NCBI GenBank assembly: GCA_035454665.1
Contig: DATIGO010000412.1
Span: 1-18,401 of the forward strand
Source: Gemmatimonadaceae bacterium
GTDB taxonomy: Bacteria > Gemmatimonadota > Gemmatimonadetes > Gemmatimonadales > Gemmatimonadaceae
Reading direction: 5' to 3'
Length of the DNA: 18,401 bases
Below the pieces are notes generated by a model that had not been told where the DNA came from, did no database searches, and saw only the letters and a list, made by a program, of their open reading frames with translations. Made by a program: the position numbers and the translations under genes. This document shows, piece after piece, positions 1 to 7,609 of the stretch. How positions within the stretch are numbered: the first letter of the stretch is position 1; every line of letters begins with the position of its first letter.

Positions 1-578
1 CACAGGGCTGGGACGCGTTCAACCTCATGTCGTCGATCGGGGCGTTCCTCTTCGTCCCCGCCTTCGCGATCTTCACCTGGAACTTCTTCCGCTCGAAGAA
101 GCACGGAGAGATCGCGGGGGACAACCCGTGGGACGCGCCCACGCTCGAGTGGTCGATTCCGTCGCCCCCGCCCGAATACAACTTCGCGCAGATCCCGATG
201 GTGACGTCGCGCTACCCCATGTGGGATCTCACGCACCCCGAGCGCATGGCGGGAGTCCCGCACACGCAGGAAGGGTGGGACACCGCGAAGCACCGCACCG
301 GCGAGCACGTCACGGCGAGCGGAGTGCACGAGCCCGACGTGGCGCCCATGCACATCGAGAAGGAGCGGCGCACGGCGGCGGAGCTGGGCATCCCGATGCC
401 CACGCCCACGATCAAGCCGCTCTGGGTCGCGTTCGGCATCCTCGTCCTGATGGGTTCCCTGCCCTTCCTGTACGCCGGGATGCAGACGCTGGCCTTCGCG
501 CTCATCGCCATCGGCGCGATCGTGTTCGTGGGGTCGCTGTATGCGTGGCTCACGACGCCTTTGGAAGCGCATCATTAG
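1..578 (+). CDS. ctaD: cytochrome c oxidase subunit I (heme-copper oxidase, caa3/aa3 type), 3-prime portion only, gene continues upstream of the window; carries a C-terminal extension of about 130 aa with two extra predicted TM helices
   Basis: Frame 3 is open from nt 3 (QGWDAFNLMSSIGAFLF...) with no stop until TAG 576-578. Conserved COX1 C-terminal motifs are readable (LSSIGAF, FRSKK, TLEW, PSPPPEYNF). The extension contains hydrophobic helices LWVAFGILVLMGSLPFLYAG and LAFALIAIGAIVFVGSLYAWL. The ATG at 27 is internal, not the start. Confidence 0.93.
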   Translation, partial: QGWDAFNLMSSIGAFLFVPAFAIFTWNFFRSKKHGEIAGDNPWDAPTLEWSIPSPPPEYNFAQIPMVTSRYPMWDLTHPERMAGVPHTQEGWDTAKHRTGEHVTASGVHEPDVAPMHIEKERRTAAELGIPMPTPTIKPLWVAFGILVLMGSLPFLYAGMQTLAFALIAIGAIVFVGSLYAWLTTPLEAHH

Positions 579-582
579 AACA

Positions 583-656
583 GTGACGCGTGACGGGTGA
601 CGAGTGACGGGACCCGAACCCGCCCCCTCGTCGCACCACACGCGTCACTCGTCACC
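583..656. repeat. Four tandem GTGACGn heptads (583-610) plus two inverted CGTCAC heptads (643-655); a perfect 14-bp stem can form between 596-609 and 643-656 in the ctaD-ctaE spacer
   Basis: Read directly: gtgacgc gtgacgg gtgacga gtgacgg, then ...cgtcactcgtcacc. The downstream arm can alternatively pair 11 bp with 582-592 (agtgacgcgtg). Confidence 0.7.
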
Positions 657-678
657 GCCCTGAATTCGGAGACCGGAC

Positions 679-1362
679 TTGTCCGCCACCGCCGCCGCTG
701 AGAGCCACGCTCACAGCCACCACTACACCAGCACCGGGCTCGACAATCGCAAGATTGCGATCTGGACCTTCATCGGGTCCGAGTGCATGCTGTTCGCCTC
801 GCTCATCTCCACGTATCTGATCTACAAGGGGAAGAGCGTCGTCGGGCCGTTCCCACACCAGCCGTGGACCGACCCGAACACGGGGACGCAGTACCACGGG
901 ATCCTCGACATCCCGATCACGTCGATCTCGACGTTCGTGCTGCTCTGCTCCTCGCTGTCGATGGTGCTGGCGCTCGCCGCGGTGGAGAACCGCGGCAAGC
1001 CGCTGCCGCCCAACGCAGGGGCGTGGACGCGCGCGCTGGCGTCGTCGAAGCTCTGGCTCTTCGTGACGTGTCTCATGGGCGCCACCTTCCTCGGCTTCCA
1101 GGCCTACGAGTTCACGTCGTTCGTGCACGAGGGGCTCACCATCAGGCGTAACCTGTTCGGCTCCACGTTCTTCACGCTCACGGGCTTCCACGGTGCCCAC
1201 GTAACGGCCGGCGTGATCTGGCTGGGTACGCTGCTCGCCATCGACATGAAGCGTGGCCTGCAACCGAAGGATGCGCTCTGGGTCGACATCGCCGCCCTGT
1301 ACTGGCACTTCGTCGACGTGGTGTGGATCGCGATCTTCACTCTCATCTACCTGATTCAGTAG
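679..1362 (+). CDS. ctaE: cytochrome c oxidase subunit III (short 5-TM form typical of caa3 oxidases)
   Basis: TTG start at 679 preceded by GGAGA (668-672, 6-nt spacer). C-terminal signature ALYWHFVDVVWIAIFTLIYL and FTLTGFHGAHVTAGVIWL are COX3 hallmarks. 227 aa. Stop TAG 1360-1362. Confidence 0.92.
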   Translation: MSATAAAESHAHSHHYTSTGLDNRKIAIWTFIGSECMLFASLISTYLIYKGKSVVGPFPHQPWTDPNTGTQYHGILDIPITSISTFVLLCSSLSMVLALAAVENRGKPLPPNAGAWTRALASSKLWLFVTCLMGATFLGFQAYEFTSFVHEGLTIRRNLFGSTFFTLTGFHGAHVTAGVIWLGTLLAIDMKRGLQPKDALWVDIAALYWHFVDVVWIAIFTLIYLIQ

Positions 1363-1373
1363 GCGGAGTCGAC

Positions 1374-1742
1374 ATGGCACACGAGCAGTCGGATCACGCG
1401 GCGCACGATGCGCAGGCCGGCCACGGCAATCCCGACCACGAGCACGAGCACCCCACCTGGAGCGTCTACTGGAAGGTCGGTCTCATCCTCACGGTCATCA
1501 CGATCCTCGAGGTCTGGGCCTACTACATCCCCTCCCTCGTGGCCTCTCCGTACTTCGTGCCGATGCTCCTCGTGATGTCGGCGGCGAAGTTCGCGATCGT
1601 GGTCCTCTTCTACATGCACCTGCGTTACGACCACCGCCTCTTCAAGGCGCTCTTCACCGGCCCGCTCGTCATCGCGATCGCGACGTTGATCGGCCTGCTC
1701 TTCCTGCTGGCGAAGTTCGGAGCGGGGACGACGACGGGCTGA
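1374..1742 (+). CDS. ctaF: cytochrome c oxidase subunit IV (small caa3 subunit, CtaF/CoxD-like), with a His-rich N-terminus
   Basis: ATG 1374 with GGAG at 1365-1368 (5-nt spacer), 12 nt after the ctaE stop. 122 aa with 3 predicted TM helices, position and size as in ctaCDEF clusters. The ORF-track start at 1323 overlaps ctaE and has no RBS. Confidence 0.78.
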   Translation: MAHEQSDHAAHDAQAGHGNPDHEHEHPTWSVYWKVGLILTVITILEVWAYYIPSLVASPYFVPMLLVMSAAKFAIVVLFYMHLRYDHRLFKALFTGPLVIAIATLIGLLFLLAKFGAGTTTG

Positions 1743-1758
1743 GCGCCGCGCCGTCGAG

Positions 1759-1797
1759 AGAGCGCCGGCTCCCAGGGGGGCCGGCGCTCTGCTTTGT
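1759..1797 (+). terminator. Rho-independent-type hairpin downstream of ctaF; lies between convergent genes and may act bidirectionally
   Basis: 11-bp perfect stem agagcgccggc (1759-1769) / gccggcgctct (1780-1790), loop tcccaggggg, followed by tgctttgtg. On the minus strand no T-run follows, so function for the convergent gene is weaker. Confidence 0.6.
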
Positions 1798-1947
1798 GCG
1801 GTGGTGTCACCCCGCGAAGAACGGCGGCGGGAGCGCCCTCGGGCATCCGCCATCAGCCAGCGGCCGCCGCGCGCGGCGCAGACGGCCGACAGCGCACGAG
1901 CTCCGGCGATGCCCGGCTGCCGTTGCCGTTATCGAACGCGCGCGGCG

Positions 1948-2508
1948 TTACTTCCCCTGCAGTACCTGATCCAGCCGCTCGGGGATCTCCGGATGCCGCC
2001 GCAACAGATAGCGTCCCATGAGAAACGCGGCGATGAGGTTCGCGATGCCGGCGTGATACCAGGAGATCTCCTGCAGCGGCGTCCAGAGCGAGAGGAGGTA
2101 CGTGAAGCCGTAGAACGCCACCTCGAACGCCACGAAGAGCATCATGAGCCCCGCGAGCATCGGCGGCTGGCGCGCGGATCCGTGCACCATCGCCGTCGCC
2201 GCCACGCCCAACGCCGCGAAGGCGAGATAGTGGATGATCGTGAACAGCAGCACGTTCTGCAGGGGCGACGGGCTTTCCGCAGGCCACAGGATGTCGGTGA
2301 TCGCGCCCCCCAGCACCGACGGTGTGTACAGCAGGCGACCGGCGAGCGCGTCGACGACCAGGAAGTAGAGCGCCACCGCCGTCGCACCGATCACCCCGGC
2401 AACGACACCCTCCCGGACCGTCCCGTGCGCCCGGTTCCGCTCGGCCAGCTCCCGCGCCGACATGGGTTGCTGCGCGAAATCACGCTCCGCCGCGTGCAGT
2501 CGAGCCAT
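1948..2508 (-). CDS. hypothetical integral membrane protein (186 aa, about 4 predicted TM helices), family not recognised
   Basis: Minus-strand ATG at 2508-2506 is preceded by a canonical AGGAGG (complement of 2513-2518; minus-strand context CAGGAGGCGGGAATG, 5-nt spacer). Hydrophobic segments VVAGVIGATAVALYFLVV, LLFTIIHYLAFAALGVAATAMV, LAGLMMLFVAFEVAFYGFTYLL, IANLIAAFLMG. Stop TAA 1950-1948. The longer ORF-track N-terminus (to 2670) has no RBS and is Arg/Ser-rich junk. Confidence 0.6.
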   Translation of the reverse strand: MARLHAAERDFAQQPMSARELAERNRAHGTVREGVVAGVIGATAVALYFLVVDALAGRLLYTPSVLGGAITDILWPAESPSPLQNVLLFTIIHYLAFAALGVAATAMVHGSARQPPMLAGLMMLFVAFEVAFYGFTYLLSLWTPLQEISWYHAGIANLIAAFLMGRYLLRRHPEIPERLDQVLQGK

Positions 2509-2716
2509 TCCCGCCTCCTGGGTGTGGCCATGTGTGGCCTGTGCCGTACCCCGCCGGCTGCGCCCCGGTGCCGCGCGGGAGCGAGAAGGGTGCCGCCACG
2601 ACACCGCTGAGCCGTGCGCGCGCGCACGCTGCAGTCCGGCACAACTCCGTGGCGTTACGACCCGTTGCACGCTCTCATCACTTTCGTCCTCCTGTGGACG
2701 AGCCTACTTTGCCCAG

Positions 2717-4324
2717 ATGAGCTCAGCGTCCGCCGTAGCCTTGCGTTCCGGGCTGTCCTGCCTATCGATGCGCGCCCTGCCGTGCTCGGCGGGGCTCGCC
2801 GTCGCGGTGCTGGCGCTCACGGCTGCGACGGCGCGCGGGCAGTCGGGAGCTCCCGGCGGGGGCGGCGGTTCACGCCCGGCGGCCCGCTCGACGCCCACGG
2901 CCGCGCGCGCCGCGTCCGGTCCGCTGCGCCACACGACGCCCACGGGAACGGACTCGCTCGCCAGCGATCTCGCGGAGCTCATGAACGCGCGCGTGCGGAA
3001 TGGCACCTGGGGCGCGATGGTCGTCTCGCTCACGCGCGGCGATACGCTCTTCGCGGAGAACGCGGGCGGGAGCCTCGTTCCGGCGTCGACGCTCAAGCTT
3101 TTCACCACGGCGCTGGCGTTCGAGCGCCTGGGAGCGAATCACCGCTTCAGCACGAACGTGTTCCGCACCGGCGAGGTCGATCCTGCTGGCACGCTCCACG
3201 GCGATCTGGTGCTGCGCGGCGGCGGAGACCCCAGCCTGTCACGCCGCTTCTTCGAGGGCGACGCGAATGCGCCGATGCGATCCCTCGCACGGCAGGTGGC
3301 CTCGGCCGGCATCCGGCGCGTGCGCGGCAACATCGTCGGCGACGACGGCGCGTTCGAGGCGAAGCCGGTGCCCGACGGCTGGCTCACACGGTACCTGCAT
3401 GCGAGCTACGCGGCCCCCGTCTCGGCGCTCTCCCTCAACGAGAACCTCCTCTACGTCGTCGTGACGCCGGGCCGGGCGGGTGCCGCCGGTACGGTGCGGC
3501 TGGAGCCGGCCGCCGATGGCGCGTATCGCATCGCGAACGCCACCAGTACCCGGGCGGGCACCCGGAGCTCGCGGCTCACCGTGGCCCTGGCCGCGCAAGG
3601 TGTCATCAACGTGCGCGGCTGGATCGGCGCCACGTCGGAGCCCCGCGTGTACGTGGTGGTCGTGAACGATCCGTCGAGCTTTGCCACGAATGCGTTCGCC
3701 CGCGCGCTGGCCGAGGCGGGTGTGGCGGTGGAGGGCGAGGTGCGGCTGAGCGGCACGCCCGAGGGAGCGCTCCCCGTGGCGTCGCTCCCATCCCCTCCGC
3801 TGTGGGAGCTCGCGAACGTCATGAACCGCGAGAGCGTGAATCATTTCGCGGAGTTGATCTTCCGCAACGTCGGGCGTCTCGGTGACCCATCGGGCGTCGG
3901 GTCAGCGGAGATGGCCAACGCGCTGTTGCGCGATTTCCTGCTGCTGCGCGTGGGGGCCGATCCCGGCGACGTCTTCGCCGCCGACGGCAGCGGCCTCTCC
4001 ACGCTCGACCGCGTCACGCCGCGCGCGATGGTGCAGCTGCTGTCCTTCGCGCACGGCGCGCCCTGGTCGCGCGAGTTTCACGAGTCCCTCCCGATCGCCG
4101 GGCGCCAGGAGACGCTCCGCCTGCGCATGCGGGGGACGCCGGCTCACGGGAACCTGCATGCGAAGACCGGCACCACGAACGAGGTCGTGGGCCTGAGCGG
4201 CTACGTCGCCTCGCGCGACGGCGAGGTGCTGGCGTTCGCGTTCCTGTACAACGGCCGGGACCGCTTCAACGCCCGCGCCTCGATCGACGCGATGGGCGCC
4301 ACCCTCGCGGCCTTCGCGCGCTGA
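2717..4324 (+). CDS. dacB: D-alanyl-D-alanine carboxypeptidase/endopeptidase, penicillin-binding protein 4 (peptidase S13) with N-terminal signal peptide
   Basis: The SxxK motif (PASTLKLFT) and the KTG motif (HAKTGTTNEVVGLSGY) are readable in the translation. DGSGLS is a possible SxN-region equivalent. Signal-peptide-like MRALPCSAGLAVAVLALTAATARGQ. Start is ambiguous between ATG 2717 and ATG 2768 (neither has an SD); 2768 gives the cleaner signal peptide. Stop TGA 4322-4324. Confidence 0.9.
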   Translation: MSSASAVALRSGLSCLSMRALPCSAGLAVAVLALTAATARGQSGAPGGGGGSRPAARSTPTAARAASGPLRHTTPTGTDSLASDLAELMNARVRNGTWGAMVVSLTRGDTLFAENAGGSLVPASTLKLFTTALAFERLGANHRFSTNVFRTGEVDPAGTLHGDLVLRGGGDPSLSRRFFEGDANAPMRSLARQVASAGIRRVRGNIVGDDGAFEAKPVPDGWLTRYLHASYAAPVSALSLNENLLYVVVTPGRAGAAGTVRLEPAADGAYRIANATSTRAGTRSSRLTVALAAQGVINVRGWIGATSEPRVYVVVVNDPSSFATNAFARALAEAGVAVEGEVRLSGTPEGALPVASLPSPPLWELANVMNRESVNHFAELIFRNVGRLGDPSGVGSAEMANALLRDFLLLRVGADPGDVFAADGSGLSTLDRVTPRAMVQLLSFAHGAPWSREFHESLPIAGRQETLRLRMRGTPAHGNLHAKTGTTNEVVGLSGYVASRDGEVLAFAFLYNGRDRFNARASIDAMGATLAAFAR

Positions 4325-4334
4325 CGGGCGGCAC

Positions 4335-4354
4335 CCCGCGGGTGAGGCCGCGGG
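4335..4354. terminator. Short GC hairpin between the convergent 3-prime ends of dacB and the saccharopine-dehydrogenase-family gene
   Basis: 7-bp stem cccgcgg (4335-4341) / ccgcggg (4348-4354), 6-nt loop. No U-run on either strand, so only a weak terminator candidate. Confidence 0.3.
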
Positions 4355-4363
4355 TCCCGCTCG

Positions 4364-5512
4364 TCAGCGCTCGCTCGCCCGCAGCACGACGTCCCGCTTC
4401 GCCAGCTCCGCGACGTACGGCAGCGCCGGCACGGCCTCGTCAGGCGTCCGCACGCCGGCCCCGGTCACGAGCCGCTTCACCTGCATCCACCCCGTGATGG
4501 CGAGCGAGAACCCGGTCGTGCGCATCATGGCGCTGATGCCGCGCGCCGCATCGTACTGATCGATCAGCTCCCACGACACTTCGGCGGGCGCCCCCCGGCG
4601 CTCCCCCGTCACGACCACGCGCAGCGCCACGATGTCCGGGCTTCCCGGCTTCGTCAGGCGCTCTCCGAGGACGGCGATGGCGACGTCGCGCGGCACGACA
4701 CGATGTCCCTTCACCTGCACCGGCTCGATGTCGAAGAAGCCGAGATCGCGGAGCGCCGACACGAGCGCCGCATGCCCCGGGTAGCGCAACGTCTTGTACT
4801 CCATGGTCGGGATCTTTCCCTCGTACCGGAACGCCATGGTCGAGAGCCCGCCCGCCGTGTGGAACGCCTCGAGCGGACCGAGGGGCTCGGGAAAGACCAC
4901 CGGCTCGACCTCCGAAAGTGCCGGGATCTGCGTCCGCCGGCCGTCTCGGAGGATCCACGAAAGTGTCGTGTAGTAGTCCACCACGCCCTCGAGCGAGTAC
5001 ACGACCTGGTAGTTGAGCGGCGGCTCCGGATGCCGGGGCAGTCCACCCACGAAGATGCGTACCGCCTCCACGCGGTCGAGCTGCTCGATGCCGTGCTGCG
5101 CGAGGATGTTCACCATGCCGGGTGCCACGCCGCAGTCGGGAATGACGCTCACGCGCCGCGCGCGCGCCTCCGCGTCCAGGGCCTTCTGCTCCGAGACGAT
5201 CTCCGTGTTGCCGCCCAGATCGCAGAAGTGCACGCCGGCCTCGATCGCGAGGCGGGTCATCTCCAGGTTGAAGTAGTACGGCAGGGCGCAGAGCACGGCG
5301 TCCGACTCGCGCATGAGGGCGCGCACCGCGTCGTGGTCGCGGACGTCGAGGGGCGTGGGAAGGAGCCTGGGCGCGGAGTAATCGCTGAGGAACGGCGGAA
5401 GGTGCTCGATCGGGAGGCCGGCCAGGCGCACGGCGGTGACGTCCGTCCGCTGCAGCAGGTCGAAGGCGCACGCCGTGCCCTGCAGACCCGCGCCAAGTAC
5501 CAGCATGCGCAT
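4364..5512 (-). CDS. saccharopine dehydrogenase family NAD(P)-binding oxidoreductase (Sacchrp_dh-like; possibly lysine or polyamine metabolism)
   Basis: N-terminus MRMLVLGAGLQGTACAFDLL is a Rossmann GxGxxG at the very start, as in saccharopine/carboxynorspermidine dehydrogenases. 383 aa. Start ATG 5512-5510; a second Met follows two codons later. Stop TGA 4366-4364. The ORF-track extension to 5731 is Arg/Ser-rich with no RBS. Confidence 0.85.
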   Translation of the reverse strand: MRMLVLGAGLQGTACAFDLLQRTDVTAVRLAGLPIEHLPPFLSDYSAPRLLPTPLDVRDHDAVRALMRESDAVLCALPYYFNLEMTRLAIEAGVHFCDLGGNTEIVSEQKALDAEARARRVSVIPDCGVAPGMVNILAQHGIEQLDRVEAVRIFVGGLPRHPEPPLNYQVVYSLEGVVDYYTTLSWILRDGRRTQIPALSEVEPVVFPEPLGPLEAFHTAGGLSTMAFRYEGKIPTMEYKTLRYPGHAALVSALRDLGFFDIEPVQVKGHRVVPRDVAIAVLGERLTKPGSPDIVALRVVVTGERRGAPAEVSWELIDQYDAARGISAMMRTTGFSLAITGWMQVKRLVTGAGVRTPDEAVPALPYVAELAKRDVVLRASER

Positions 5513-5537
5513 CGATGAGCCCGAAGGTGGTTGGGGG

Positions 5538-5602
5538 GATTGGCCAGACAATCTAGCCGCGCCTGGACGAAACAGAACGCCCGCGCGCCCTTGGTCAGAC
5601 CA
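5538..5602. promoter_or_regulatory. Candidate operator pair in a 112-bp divergent intergenic region: TTGGCCAGACAA (5540-5551, within the imperfect palindrome GATTGgccagaCAATC 5538-5553) and TTGGTCAGACCA (5591-5602, containing the perfect 11-bp palindrome TGGTCaGACCA)
   Basis: Two 12-mers 10/12 identical, 51 bp apart, both palindromic in character, between the divergently transcribed saccharopine-DH-family gene and the CoA-binding protein gene. Confidence 0.3.
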
Positions 5603-5624
5603 GGCGCCCCCACGATACTTCTGC

Positions 5625-6086
5625 ATGCCACACGGCACCGAGGCCGCGGACTGGCGGCGCCATCTGCTCGAGACGCCTGACGCCATCCGCGCCCTGCTCG
5701 AGCGCACGCGTCGCGTCGCCGTCCTGGGCATGAAGCCGGAGACGCGTGCCGACCGTCCGGCGTTCTTCGTGCCGGAGTACGTGGCCGGCGCCGGCCTCGA
5801 GGTGATCCCGGTGCCGGTCTACTATCCCGAGGTGACGGTGATCCTCGGGCAGCCGGTCTTCCGGCGCCTGGTCGACGTCCCCGGCCACATCGACCTCGTG
5901 GACGTCTTCCGACGGCCGGAGCACGTGCCGCAGCACCTGGACGACATGCTCGCGGCGAAACCGGGCGCGGTCTGGATGCAGTCCGGCATCCGCAATGACG
6001 TGGTGGCGGAAGCGCTCGCCCGCGCCGGCATCGACGTGGTGCAGGATCGCTGCCTGATGGTCGAGCTGCGGCGGATGGGTCGTTAG
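5625..6086 (+). CDS. CoA-binding domain protein (YccU/YneT-like, CoA_binding_2 family)
   Basis: 153 aa from ATG 5625. RVAVLGMKPETRADRPAFFVPEYVAGAGLEVIPV...VDVFRRPEHVPQHLDDMLAAKPGAVWMQSGIRN matches the small CoA-binding Rossmann-like proteins in size and motif order. Stop TAG 6084-6086. No SD. Confidence 0.78.
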   Translation: MPHGTEAADWRRHLLETPDAIRALLERTRRVAVLGMKPETRADRPAFFVPEYVAGAGLEVIPVPVYYPEVTVILGQPVFRRLVDVPGHIDLVDVFRRPEHVPQHLDDMLAAKPGAVWMQSGIRNDVVAEALARAGIDVVQDRCLMVELRRMGR

Positions 6087-6139
6087 GCAGCCGCGCCGGC
6101 CCGTGAGTCTCCGCCGGCCGTCCCCGGCCGTCGGACTCC

Positions 6140-7609
6140 TCAGGCCCGGACGCGGTTCCGCCCCTCGGACTTCGCCCGGTACAGGGCCTGGTCGGCCGCC
6201 GCGAAGAGATCGTCCACCGACTCGATCCCGAAGCCGGGGAACGACGACACGCCGATGCTCGTCGTCAGGCGCACGGTCACCCCCCGGGACTGCGCGAAGG
6301 CGTGCGACTCGAACAGCTCGCGGAGGCGCTCCGCAAACGCCGCCGCCCCCGTGGGACCCGTCTCGGGAAGCACCACGACGAACTCCTCGCCCCCGTAGCG
6401 CGCGACCACGTCCACCGCGCGCACGACGCGCTGGAGCAGGGCCGCCACCTCCACGAGCGCCTCGTCTCCCGTCAGGTGGCCGTACGTGTCGTTGATCTTC
6501 TTGAAGTGATCGATGTCGATCAGCAGCACCGACACGGTCGTGTTGTAGCGGCGCACACGCTCCATCTCCGACAGCAGCCGGTCATCGAGCGCCCGGCGGT
6601 TCAGGACCTTCGTGAGCGGGTCCGTCAGCGCGAGCTGCTCGAGGCGCCGGTTGTCGGCGATGGTCGACTCGATGAGCCGGGCCCGCTGCACCGCGGTCAC
6701 CGCGGCACGGATCACCGTCTCGGCGAACTCCACGTCGGCGGGACCCAGCGGGGCCTCGTGCACACTGCGCCGCAGGAAGAACACGCCGGCCTGGTCGGCC
6801 TCGAGCGCGAACGGCACCGCGATCACCGAGCGCGTCGACACCCGCGTCCCGTGCGCCGCCCAGGTGCGGCGCACCTCGTCGTACAGCGGGCTCATGGCCA
6901 CGTTCTCCACGAGGACCGGGCGTCCCGTCTCGAGCGCCGCGCGGAGCTCCGGGTAGCGCGCGAGCTCGAGCACGAAATCGCTCTTCCCCGTCTCGAACGC
7001 GGTCGCCACCACGCGTGGCGGCGCACCCTCCCGCGCCAGGATCACGCTGCAGTGCGTGAGGTCGAGCGCCCGCGCCACGCGCCGCGCCAGGAGGTGATAG
7101 ATTTCATCCCCCGACAGCTCGTCGGTCACGTCGTGCAGGATGTCGACGAGCTGCCGGCGATGCTCCGCCTCCTCCTGAATCCGCGTCAGCGCCTCGCGCG
7201 TCTCGCGCAGCGACTCGTGCGCCGAGCGCAGGATGGCGCGCATGCGGAGCTGCGCCTGGATGCGGGCCAGAAGCTCGCGCACCCGGAACGGCTTGCGCAC
7301 GTAGTCGGCCGCCCCCAGGCCCAGCGTCCGCACCGCCGCCTCCTCGGGCGGGAGCGACGAGATCATCAGCACCGGAATGTCGCGCCAGCGGTCGTCGGCC
7401 TTGATCCGCTCCAGCACCGCCGCGCCGTCCGCGTCGGGGAAGACCACGTCCAGCAGCACGACGTCCGGCGCGCGCTCCGCCATGAGCGGCACCACGCGGC
7501 TGGCGTCGTATGTCACGGTGACGTCGTAGCCCTGCTCCTTCAGGACCCACGACATCGTGCGGACGAGCGCCGGATCGTCGTCGGCGATCAGTACGTGCGT
7601 CCTAGCCAT
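6140..7609 (-). CDS. response-regulator receiver (REC) - GAF - GGDEF diguanylate cyclase
   Basis: N-terminus MARTHVLIADDDPALVRTMSWVLKEQGYDV...LLDVVFPDADG is a REC domain. The central part of about 150 aa is GAF-like. C-terminus has RYGGEEFVVVL (GGEEF active site) and the canonical GGDEF fold order (DPLTKVLNRR...IDIDHFKKINDTYGH). 489 aa. Start ATG 7609-7607; stop TGA 6142-6140. Confidence 0.92.
   Translation of the reverse strand: MARTHVLIADDDPALVRTMSWVLKEQGYDVTVTYDASRVVPLMAERAPDVVLLDVVFPDADGAAVLERIKADDRWRDIPVLMISSLPPEEAAVRTLGLGAADYVRKPFRVRELLARIQAQLRMRAILRSAHESLRETREALTRIQEEAEHRRQLVDILHDVTDELSGDEIYHLLARRVARALDLTHCSVILAREGAPPRVVATAFETGKSDFVLELARYPELRAALETGRPVLVENVAMSPLYDEVRRTWAAHGTRVSTRSVIAVPFALEADQAGVFFLRRSVHEAPLGPADVEFAETVIRAAVTAVQRARLIESTIADNRRLEQLALTDPLTKVLNRRALDDRLLSEMERVRRYNTTVSVLLIDIDHFKKINDTYGHLTGDEALVEVAALLQRVVRAVDVVARYGGEEFVVVLPETGPTGAAAFAERLRELFESHAFAQSRGVTVRLTTSIGVSSFPGFGIESVDDLFAAADQALYRAKSEGRNRVRA

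Noticed and set aside
1865-1878. 14-nt GC-only palindrome CGCCGCGCGCGGCG in the 3-prime region of the minus-strand membrane protein gene
   Set aside because: Pure GC palindromes of this size are frequent in 70% GC DNA. There is no loop, no U-tract, and no positional argument for function.
2462-3885. The 5-prime extension of the dacB ORF to 2462 and the 423-aa alternate-frame ORF 2614-3885
   Set aside because: The extension overlaps the divergent minus-strand gene start and its RBS and adds Cys/Arg-rich sequence before an obvious signal peptide. The alternate frame gives an Arg/Gly-rich product with no motifs, whereas the chosen frame carries the SxxK and KTG motifs.
4440-5518. Alternate-frame and antisense ORFs 4440-5471 (-), 4703-5518 (+) and the N-terminal extension of the saccharopine-DH-family ORF to 5731
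   Set aside because: The Rossmann GxGxxG begins exactly at the internal MRM start (5512). The extension is Arg/Ser-rich with no RBS. The other frames lack motifs.
6095-6118. GCCGGC...GCCGGC potential 6-bp hairpin between the convergent CoA-binding and GGDEF genes
   Set aside because: The stem is only 6 bp, built from a self-complementary hexamer that recurs by chance in GC-rich DNA. There is no U-run on either strand.
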